Part shown: positions 9,552 through 18,886 of the stretch, one piece after another
How the letters are laid out: each line of letters starts with the position of its first letter
Position numbering within the stretch: the first letter of the stretch is position 1
Assembly: GCF_006345805.1 (NCBI RefSeq)
Contig: NW_021824361.1
Span: 1 to 18,886, forward strand
Direction of reading: 5' to 3'
Length of the DNA stretch: 18,886 nt
From: Octopus sinensis
Taxonomy: Eukaryota
Notes under the pieces: generated by a model
Told to the model about the DNA's origin: nothing
Databases searched by the model: none
The model's input: only the letters and a program-made list of their open reading frames with translations
Program-made: the position numbers and the translations under genes

Positions 9552-10052
9552 ACTGTCGTAGCGCACTAGGTTGCTTTTCTTTCATAAATGTTTAAAACAC
9601 CATACTTTATTATTTTTATTGTTGCTGTTGTTATTATTAAAATGTTTGATGGAATAGTTGATGCAGTCACGATGGTGTTTGTTGTTGTTTTTGTTGTGGT
9701 AGTTGTTGTTGCTGCTGCTGTCTGTTCTCATTTTAGCTATTGGATTTTGTGATTTTTGTTGAATTTGCCTTTCTTTCTTGAAAGAACAAATCGTGTCATT
9801 TGTTTTGTCTTTAATTTTCATTAAAAGTTCGTACGTGTTGTTTCATGTGCCTTTGTTGAATCAATGTGAACCATTTCGTCTGTCGGCTTGTGTGCATACA
9901 TACACAATCAAGCTCGATGACAGACATACGTACATACATATGCACATATATGGAGACAGATTGTTATGCACTCAAAAAATTAAAATAAACTCAACATGTA
10001 AACATTTGGCATATATACGTATGCAAGCATGTATGTATGTCTAAATATACTC

Positions 10053-10214
<162 letters not shown>

Positions 10215-10594
10215 GAGCAAAACGCCCCGCCATCCAATGGACGGTGCTGAGCTGTCAAACATTTAAACCAAATTTTCTCGAGACCTCTTGTCCGACCGTC
10301 TCATAGACCTCCCCCTGAGAAACACTGATTTAACCTAAATTTGAAACTCCAGCGAAAGAAGAAATAAAGATAGACTGTTCGAAGTAAAATGATTTTACAA
10401 ATGCACGTTCCCACGGCTTTATCGATCGCATTCTCACCGGGAATCGATTTTTGTAATTTTTTCAAGACTTATACACGCCCTGATACCGTCGGTATCTACA
10501 TATCAAATTTGAGCGCATATCAAACTTTAGCCACAACAGCGAAATAATGGTATAAAGAAAATCGAACACACATATCCACAAGATATGTGTGTTG

Positions 10595-10969
10595 TTAGTT
10601 CTTAGGTCCGCCGCTGTTTTTAGGCGTAAGAGTTTCTTCTGTTGCATGAAACGTTGGGACAGGCGAACAAATGGTGTTTAAACCATTTAGTATATCGTTA
10701 TAGTCGGTAATATGGCTTGAAGCAAGCTTGAAGCCATATCGCCGTTTGTAAGCGACATTGATAACTGATAGCAATAACGGAGCATCGATGTCTGCCGCTC
10801 CGACAAGGGACTTACGTAAGTTGTCTCGCTTGACTGTCTTACTTTCAGGTGCTTTTTTTACATCAGGTGCATAGAGAATATATTCACTTACGTCTAAAAC
10901 CCGTAGCCGCCCTACTAACCAACAACACTCAAAGCTTGTGTATGTGTATTCGATTTTATTTATATCCAT
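10595..10969 (-). other. Non-repetitive 124-codon ORF of unknown nature
   Basis: Complex-sequence ORF between two TA arrays. The central segment LRKSLVG..LLLSVINVAYKRRYGFKL..DIL loosely resembles an OST-HTH/LOTUS pattern; no convincing splice acceptor. Confidence 0.2.
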
Positions 10970-11024
10970 GAGCTGCTTCTAATTCATATTTGAATATATA
11001 TACATATATATATATATATATTAT

Positions 11025-11056
<32 letters not shown>

Positions 11057-11162
11057 ATATATATATATATAATATATATATATAAAATACAAAATAGGAC
11101 AAGAACGTAAAACAACTAAGTGATACAAACTAAGTGATCCAAACAACTGAGTGATACAAAAG

Positions 11163-11423
11163 GGGACAACAAAACATCCAGATAGACGATACAAAAAAAA
11201 ACCAAAAAAAATCACAAAAAAAAATTCGAAGCCTTTTATCTTCAGTCAAGAACCGGATCATCCTCGCAATTTCGGCTGATTAATCTTGAGATTGCTCCAA
11301 TCTGGCCTGCAGCCGAAATTGTGAGGATGATCCGGTTCTTGACTGAAGATAAAAGGCTTCGAATGACCCGTCCATATTTTTTTTTTGTATCGTCTATCTG
11401 GATTCTTTTTTGTCCATTACATT
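11163..11423. repeat. Second palindromic (foldback) element, inner arms 11225-11278 / 11310-11363, outer arms about 11164-11200 / 11377-11415
   Basis: The 54-bp inner arms have one mismatch (G-T). Outer arm GGACAA..CCAGATAGACGATACAAAA is complementary to TTTTGTATCGTCTATCTGG..TTGTCC. Confidence 0.92.
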
Positions 11424-11434
11424 TTTAAATAATT

Positions 11435-12168
11435 AACTGGTTAACTGTTATCGAAGTTAACTTTTTGGTTAACGGATTAACGGTTAACGAAATTAACTTT
11501 TCGATTAACGGCGGTCATATATCGTGTGCATGTGTGTCTGTGTGTGTGTGTTCATAATAGCGCGAATATGCTATCTTTAAGATAGCATGTTTTACATTGA
11601 TTTGATATCATCGTGTCGTATATTCTTATAGTTTATATTCATAAATATGCGTGTGTATGTGCGTGTGTGTATATGTGTGTGTATGCGTCTGTGTGTACAT
11701 AAACACACACAATTCGATGCATTTTAAATACAGATGGTATTCTGTACTAAACACAATACAACGTAAATAACATTATCCTATCTACGGTTATAAATAATGA
11801 AAAATCAAGACCATCTCATTCATATTATTATTGCCCTTTCGATGCAAACCTAACGAAAGAAGTGTATTGCTTGTTTATATATAACATGCAATTATATAAC
11901 CAAGTATTGTTACATATAAAATAAAAGTGAAGCGGAGCAAGCTGCTCTGTTGATAGTGAAGAGCAATGTTTTCTTAGTATTACTTATCTTGATAAGAAAA
12001 ATATTTAAGTTAAAGCAACGATGTATTAATTCTTAGAAGATCGTTAGGATTGCATGCAGCAGTGGAAAATGTGAAATTTAAAGCAGGTTGCTACCAAAGG
12101 TGGGCACCGTTAATCGAAATGTTAATTTCGTTAATCAAAAAGTTAACTTCCATAACAGTTAACCAGTT
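11435..12168. repeat. Inverted pair of GTTAAC/TTAAC-rich MITE-like terminal sequences (11435-11511 and 12107-12168)
   Basis: AACTGGTTAACTGTTAT.GAAGTTAACTTTTTG.TTAACG..AAATTAAC.TTTCGATTAACGG occurs in opposite orientations; the left copy has an extra 15-bp internal repeat unit. Confidence 0.85.
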
Positions 12169-12189
12169 TTATATATATATATATGTATA

Positions 12190-12269
<80 letters not shown>

Positions 12270-12367
12270 TAACGGGAAGGTTTGCGAAAATAAACAAAAG
12301 ACGAAGGCAGGTGGAGTACAAACAAACAAATGTATTAGTATGGCACTCAGGAATAGAAATAGAAAAA

Positions 12368-12409
12368 GTATTTTACGTTTCGAGCCTACGCTCTTCGACA
12401 GAAAGATAC
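12368..12409 (-). ncRNA. Degenerate minimal hammerhead-like motif (Penelope-type), core A6 replaced by U
   Basis: Minus strand: GTATCTTT-CTGTCGA-A-GAGC-GTAG-GCTC-GAAACGTA-AAATAC. Stem II GAGC/GCTC, ACGT palindromic stem III, GUA triplet. Confidence 0.5.
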
Positions 12410-12485
12410 ACAGAAAGAAACAAGGTGAGAAAAAAATGCATATATATATAATATATTATATATATATATTATATATATAATATAT

Positions 12486-12522
<37 letters not shown>

Positions 12523-12857
12523 TATACAAGTAGGCGAAACTCATATACAGTATTCGGAGTACACATACCAGTATTCAACAGATATTATGTGAAGCCATAA
12601 CAAGGAAACATCTGGTGCTACCCCATACATCACACTACATTTTAAGCGTTCAAGGGAAACAACTTCATAAAATCAAAAACGTATGTCTAAAATTAAAATA
12701 TTAAAAGGAATTAGGATATTACCAATGTAAATGTAAGTAATTTATGTAAAATAAAATGAAATGAATTGTTAACTGTTGGACTCGTGAAAAATTCACGAGA
12801 AACATAAAAACGTAAGCAACTGTAAACAATGTACCGGTGTCATGAGAAATGTTTGTA

Positions 12858-13010
12858 TATTATGACCGTCTGCTTTTACGTTCTGAGTTCACATTCTGCC
12901 GAGATCAACCTTGCCTTTCGTCCTTTCGGGGTCGATAAATTATGTATCAGTTGTGTACTGAGGTCGATCTAATCTTCTGACCCTCCCGCCACAAAAAATT
13001 CAGGCCTAGT
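12858..13010 (+). mobile_element. Degenerate SINE fragment with Meta/MESC-type central domain
   Basis: B-box remnant TTCTGAGTTCACATTCTGCC followed by GAGATCAACCTTGCCTTTCGTCCTTTCGGGGTCGATAAATTATGTATCAG, matching the recalled Meta-domain consensus GGTCGACT..GCCTTTCATCCTTTCG.GGTCGATAAA. Confidence 0.65.
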
Positions 13011-13319
13011 AAAGTATATTGTGACAGTTAAGGAATATAGAAAGTAATGTAACACCAATGATTATATAATCCAATCAAAATATCTCAGTTACATAAACGT
13101 AAACGGAATTACTATTTAACCTTAAAATACATCGTACATGTTCAAAGAAATTTAATGTACAAATTGAAATGCAACAGAACAGAATAAAATAATGGATTCA
13201 TGAACGAAAGTTTGGTAATTGCGTTTAATTCCATCACGCGACACTTATTATTGCAAACATGTTTTTAATTAGCCTAAATTATACACACACACAAATACAT
13301 TCATATATATATATATATA

Positions 13320-13363
<44 letters not shown>

Positions 13364-13368
13364 CTCAA

Positions 13369-13488
13369 GTTGTAGTTGTAATTCAAAGGGACCAGCCTTG
13401 TCATATTCTCTGTGAGCCTGAATTTCCCTGAGAACTATCTTAATATTATGCATGTTTATGGCGTACTCAGCCAATTGTGAATTAATTT
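13369..13488 (+). mobile_element. Old, diverged internal fragment of the SINE family at 1087-1474
   Basis: gttgtagttgtaattcaaagggaccagccttgtca...ctgaatttccctgagaacta...actcagcca aligns with about 1283-1400. Confidence 0.75.
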
Positions 13489-13574
13489 AATCCTCGTGTG
13501 GTAATGAAAAGTGAAATTGACATCCAATATTAGCTGTGTGTATGTTACTCTGTATGAACTTTTCTTGGGATTTA

Positions 13575-13820
13575 TGTATCTAATGTCTCTCTCACTCGCT
13601 CTCCTTCTCTCTCAGTTTTTCTCTTTCTCACTCTCTTTCCCTCTTACATCTTCTCCGAAACATTTAAAGATACAAAACGAACGCCGTCACCACTCACGGT
13701 CGCTTTCCCTCCCTCTCTTTCCCTCACACTTTCTTGCTTTCTCTCACTCTCCCTTTCTGTCTCACTCTCTCTCATTCTCTCTCGCTCTCTTACTTCCTCT
13801 TTATCCTCCTGTCTCTCCCT
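13575..13820. repeat. CT-rich low-complexity tract
   Basis: Degenerate (CT)n. Confidence 0.85.
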
Positions 13821-14112
13821 TTGCCACTTCTTTGAAATAATTGTGACACACATAACAGGTACATGGAAAAACAAAGAATTAGCGTATTGATATCATTGAT
13901 TGTATGATATGACATGAAGCATTTTCATAAGAAATATAATAAAATATAACATATATATATCACATTCAGAACATTTACAATATAAAATAAGTAGCGGCGG
14001 AGGATAGGAACGTCTATATGTGCATACTCACATTTCTCTTTCAATGGCGGTGGCAATTAATTTTTCATTGTAACTCATGTTGTTTCTCGTTATATATTCA
14101 CTATTTTTTTCC

Positions 14113-14368
14113 TTTTAAGGCTAGTACATATACTTCCGGTCTGTCTTGCCGAATTGTTAAATTAGGGGTAAGTAAACATACCAGCACGCACACAAAGAAG
14201 CACACACACACTCACAGTCACACACATACACAGACGATGGACATCTTTCAGTTTCCGTTTACCAGATCCACTCACAAGGCTTTGGTCAACCCGAAGCTAT
14301 ATCAGTAGACGCTTGCCCAAAGAGTCACGCAGCGGGACTGAATCGCTGGGAAGCAAGATTCATATCAC
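14113..14368 (-). mobile_element. Degenerate CORE-type tRNA SINE (same family as 18426-18816)
   Basis: ctttcagtttccgtttaccagatccactcacaaggctttggtc...cttgcccaa...acgcagcgggactgaa aligns with about 18680-18780. Confidence 0.8.
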
Positions 14369-14475
14369 GGAATCTCTCCACTACCTACAAAAAATAGTGA
14401 ACAACCTTAATCGATTTTTGAATATTATTGGAATCTCATGAAAGGTATCAACACACACGCACGGGCATGGGTAGA

Positions 14476-14518
<43 letters not shown>

Positions 14519-14644
14519 ACACATACTCACCATGCACATACACTCACCATACACATACACACATATATGTATCAATAATAGTAAAGCGTATGGAGACTTG
14601 TAAACACACAAAATTCATTTTATAGTTATATACAGCATATTATA

Positions 14645-14726
14645 ATGACTTACAAGTGTTTCCACTGCTGCGACTACCCACTGTCGCAATTGCAACCATA
14701 CAATATTGTCGGTCAAGCTTCATCAG
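14645..14726 (-). ncRNA. Degenerate hammerhead-like motif
   Basis: Minus strand CTGATGA (14726-14720) ... GAAAC-ACTT-GTA (14662-14651), with an inner hairpin TGCGAC/GTCGCA. Stem I and the base of stem II pair poorly. Confidence 0.35.
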
Positions 14727-14792
14727 GGTTTGTCTATTTAGTTACCTTTGAGGATGACCAAATTTGTGGATGTGCAAGTTTCCATACATTTA

Positions 14793-14924
14793 TGTGGTGA
14801 GAAGCTTGCTTCCCAACCAAATGGTTCCGGGTTCAGTCCCACTGCGTGACATCTTTGGCAGGTGTCTTCTACTATAGCCTCGGGCCAACCAAATTTGGCA
14901 GACAGAAACTGAAAGAGGCCCGTC
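14793..14924 (+). mobile_element. 5' part of a CORE-type tRNA SINE
   Basis: A-box remnant TGTGGTGAG, B-box GGTTCAGTCCC, CORE-like GCGTGACATCTTTGGCAGGTGTCTT; followed by a TA/CATA microsatellite. Confidence 0.85.
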
Positions 14925-14963
14925 ATATATATACATACTTACATGCATACATACATACATACA

Positions 14964-14999
<36 letters not shown>

Positions 15000-15006
15000 T
15001 ATATAT

Positions 15007-17350
15007 TTTTTCTTTTTCGTTTTTCTTGTTTCATCTCAGAGCTGCGGCCATGCTGATGCACCGCCGTTTTGTGCTACACTGTTATTACGACGAACCTCGT
15101 CTAATATGTGGCACTTGGTGAAGAATGGAGTTTGATATAGCTACTCTCATTTGCACCTCTTGCCGTGAGGTAGGTTCATCTGGGACTCTTGACAGGAAGA
15201 TGTCCAGCTTTGATTTAAAAACCGCTACATCTACTTTGTGCAAGTTCCTCAGACTCGTTGGGAGAATATTAAAAAGCTGTGGGCCCTTGAGACCCAGGCT
15301 GTTGCAGAAGCTGGTCCTGAAGCGTGATGGCATTGTTGGGATCTTTGGCACTATGCAGCGTCGTCCCGTTCTAGCATTGGTGTGGCTTACAATGCCAAAA
15401 TTTGACACAATTCCTTCCAGGATCTTCCAGACATATATTACTGCATACCTCTCCCGTCTTCTCTCCAGGGAGTAGAGTCTTAGCTGTTTCAACCTTTCCC
15501 AGTAGCTGAGCTGTTGCAAAGAGACGATCTTCTTTGTGAATCTTCTCTGGATTGCTTCAAGTTCCGCTGTTAATTTCCCACTGGTGGGTGACCATAGCTG
15601 TGAGCAGTAATCCAGGCGTCTGAGGACGAATGTCCGCCAGAGGACCACCATGGTTTCCTTCTCTGGTTCTGAATGCTCTTAGGATCGATCCAGCCAGTCG
15701 TCTGCACTTTGTCGCCGTCCTGGTAATGTGCACTTGGAAAGAGGTATCATCACTCATGTCGATACACAGGTTCGTCACAGACTTAGGCTCCTGGGATTGA
15801 AATTCCCTGTGGAGCGGTGTATCATGTAAGTTTAATATTCAGTTTTGGACGCTGGTAGCGCATGGCCTGGAATTTTTCAGCATTAAACTGCATATTATTA
15901 TCCTCAGCCCATCTGTAGATTGAGTCTAACTCCTGCTGCAGGTGTGCAACATCTCTGGGGTTCTGTGTTTTCTGCGAGACTTTCGTATCGTCTGCATAGC
16001 TTGCCAGAGTGGATATCAGAGCATTTGAGGGCATATCTGAGAGGGCCACTATAAAAAGCAGTGGTCCCAAGACAGTGCCCTGTGGAATACCGCTCACTAT
16101 TTGTGCGTTCATAGAGGTGGCTCCATTAACCACTACTGCCTGACTCCTATCTTTCAGGAAGTCATGTACCCACACTCCAAATTTTCCAGCTATACCGAGG
16201 TCACGCAGTTTGTGGCATATCATACCATGATCCACCTTGTCAAAAGCTTTTGCAAAATCAAGGTAGGTTACTACCACATTTGATTTGTTGAGTAACTGCC
16301 TCAACACCCAGTCATAATGTTGTAAGAGCTGGGTCAGGCAGCTCCTACCTGGTCGAAAACCATGCTGGGTATCACTCAGCAAGTTATTTTCCTCCGGGAA
16401 TGCGATTAGTTTCTTTCTAACTATCCGTTCCATGACTTTGCTGATGTGTGAAGTCAGAGAGATAGGCCTATAGTTTTAGGCATCTGCTCTACTTCCCCCT
16501 TCATGTATTGGGCATATTATTCCCTCCTTCAGCTTGCTTGGCAGTTTGCCATTTGTAAGAAAGCTCTGGAAGAGAATCTTGAAGGGCTTTGCCAGGGCAT
16601 GCTTACACGCTTTGAGGAGGATTGCTGGGAAACCATCTGGACCAGCAGTTGAGTTTCTGTCCACTTCATCTATGGCTAGTAGGACATCTTCTTCGCTAAT
16701 GTCAATACATTCTATTGTAACCGCCTCGCTGGTTATAGGTGAAGAGGCAAAGAAGTCTACTGGTTCGTTCACTTGTCTGTGTTCCAACGAGGTGGTAAAG
16801 ACATTTTTGAACTGGTCATTCAGCATCTCACTGATCATAGTTGGACTGTCTGTGAGGGAGCCATCTTTTTGGAGGAGGGGTCCTATCTTGTAGTGTACTG
16901 AGACTGTTTCTTTCGCGTAATGAAAGAAGGCTTTGGGTTTGATTTAAGGTTTTTTATAACCCAGGCTTCTTTGTCTGCTTTCTCCCTCACATAGGATTGT
17001 TGCAGCCTTTTTTCGAATCTCCATCGGTGTTGTTTTTAGGCGGGACGTTTCGCTACTTTTGGGATGTTGGTTGAGACGATTTGCAACCTTCGTCTGTCGT
17101 CTCATGAGGATCTTCCTGTCTCTTGGAATCTTGCTCCTATCTGTTTTGGCCTTGTGCTCTGGGACATATTTCTGGCATACGGCTTGCACAGAAGACATGA
17201 AACATTGTAGTTTCATGACAATGTGTAGTGTGGAGAGACATTCCGGCCAGTCCTCTCTGAGGATCTCTTTTTGGATCGATTTCCAATCTGCTTTGTGGAA
17301 GTTCAGATTGGAAAGATTTCGGGTGCTTCCTTTAGGCTGTATGTCTCTGT
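15007..17350 (-). mobile_element. 5'-truncated, inactivated CR1/L2-group LINE (ORF2 linker, reverse transcriptase, C-terminus, 3'UTR)
   Basis: RT motifs NYRPISLTS, QHGFRPGRSC, YLDFAKAFDKVDH, GIPQGTVLGPLLF, YADDTK; C-terminal RLDYCSQLWSP and SLERRRER. In-frame TAA at 16476-16478 (K to stop before NYRPI) and frameshifts near 16950, 15800 and 15655. Endonuclease and ORF1 are absent. A-rich tail at 15007-15030. Confidence 0.95.
15822..16433 (-). pseudogene. Reverse transcriptase domain of LINE ORF2 (longest open piece)
   Basis: The ORF-track protein contains the RT core through YADD. Confidence 0.95.
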
Positions 17351-17351
17351 A

Positions 17352-17413
17352 TGTGTGGTAAGAAGCTTGCTTCCCAACCAAATATGGCAGACAGAAACTG
17401 AAAGAAGCCCGTC
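17352..17413 (+). mobile_element. Internally deleted duplicate of the SINE fragment at 14793-14924
   Basis: Same sequence, lacking 72 bp between two CCAACCAAAT direct repeats (14813-14822 and 14885-14894 in the left copy). Confidence 0.85.
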
Positions 17414-17975
<562 letters not shown>

Positions 17976-18144
17976 GTATGTATGTATCTATCTATTTCTC
18001 TACCTATCCATCGGCAGAATTCACGGAGTGACTAACAACAAAATGTGGATACAGACGTAGGTACGTGGTTAGCCATTAACTGAAATTAACTTAGAGCTAA
18101 TACGGTATCCGCCCGAATAATATATCCCTCCAAACTCACTTATA

Positions 18145-18186
<42 letters not shown>

Positions 18187-18191
18187 ACACA

Positions 18192-18394
18192 CAGTTATCC
18201 TCGACTATCGCGGGTGTTATCTTCCGAAATCGCCCACATGTGAAAATCCGCGAAGTAGAAATACTAAAGTATTGTATATATTTATTTTATTATAAATGCA
18301 AAACAACACCACAGAGGAATCAACCTGAGCTTAAATAATAAAGCGCGATAGGTGAACCGCGATAGGTGAACCGCGATATGGCGAGGGATCACTC
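18192..18394. mobile_element. Tigger/pogo-like MITE
   Basis: Imperfect TIRs CAGTTATCCTCGACTATCGCGG (18192-18213) and CCGCGATATGGCGAGGGATCACTC (18371-18394), followed by TA. Internal 14-bp tandem CGCGATAGGTGAAC x2.5 at 18344-18378. Confidence 0.75.
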
Positions 18395-18425
18395 TATAGA
18401 TATGTATGTATTCTTTTATTTTAAT

Positions 18426-18816
18426 GTTCTTTTACTTGTTTCAGTCATTTGACACGGTGGCTATGCTGGAGCCCCGTCTTAAAGGATTTTAGTCGAAGAA
18501 ATAGACCCCCAGGACTTATTCTTTGTAAGCCAGGACTTGTTCTATTGACCTTGGATTTTTTGTCGAACCGCTAATATTCGGGGACATAAGGCCACCAGCA
18601 TCGGTTGTCAAGCAATGTCGTGGGGGGATAAATACAGGGGAACATAAATATATGTGCACACACACATATACGACGGGCTTCTTTCAGTTTCCGTCTACCA
18701 AATCCACTCACAATCCTTTACTTGGCCCGAGGCTATAGTAGAAAACACTTGGTAAAGGTGCCACGCAGTGGGACTGAACCCGGAGCCATGTGGTTGAAAA
18801 GCAAGCTTCTTACCAC
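18426..18816 (-). mobile_element. Near full-length CORE-type tRNA SINE with LINE-like 3' tail
   Basis: Minus strand GTGGTAAG (A-box remnant), GGTTCAGTCCC (B-box), CORE-like GCGTGGCACCTTTACCAAGTG, internal (TG)n, 3' end CCAGCATAGCCA..TGACTGAAACAAGTAAAAG. Confidence 0.88.
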
Positions 18817-18886
18817 TCGAGAAACCTAAATAGATAGATGGATAGATACATAAAGACACTCGCACACATATACATATACATATAAT

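Noticed and set aside
10255-10328. TGAGAAACACTG resembling a hAT/Charlie terminus (CAGTGTTTCTCA)
   Set aside because: No partner TIR or TSD found in the window.
11090-11160. Three ACT(A/G)AGTGAT(A/C)CAA units that could suggest a repeat-spacer array
   Set aside because: Short imperfect tandem repeat without unique spacers, in eukaryotic DNA; not CRISPR.
12525-12720. QVGET...QQI peptide suggesting a Penelope GIY-YIG remnant next to the hammerhead-like repeat
   Set aside because: The matches are in different frames and too short to support a call without a search.
15125-15475. + strand ORFs over the LINE (also 16101-16283, 16534-16893, 17059-17361)
   Set aside because: Antisense frames of the LINE ORF2.

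Overview
AT-rich, microsatellite-dense animal genomic DNA with no intact protein-coding gene that I can support. The SINE families I recognise point to a cephalopod (Octopus-like) genome, which is an inference from recalled repeat consensus sequences. Contents: (i) a 5'-truncated, decayed CR1/L2-group LINE (15007-17350, minus strand; RT with YADD) and two short LINE 3' ends (1888-2126, 2249-2583); (ii) seven tRNA-derived SINE copies or fragments from three families, one intact with a perfect 13-bp TSD; (iii) Tc2-like and Tigger-like DNA-transposon remnants; (iv) a heavily decayed ORF1-like (RRM/zinc-knuckle) retroelement at about 5290-6980 carrying a 110-bp inverted duplication; (v) several long inverted repeats. 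The most notable unexplained signal is a set of hammerhead-ribozyme motifs. A ~220-bp palindrome (2669-2887) encodes a type I hammerhead on each strand, with the two arms base-paired to each other. A second intact-core hammerhead follows on the + strand (3040-3130), and degenerate ones lie at 12368-12409 and 14645-14726. These are most simply explained as Penelope-like-element remnants; none has been tested. Most ORFs in the supplied track are translations of (TA)n/(TG)n microsatellites.
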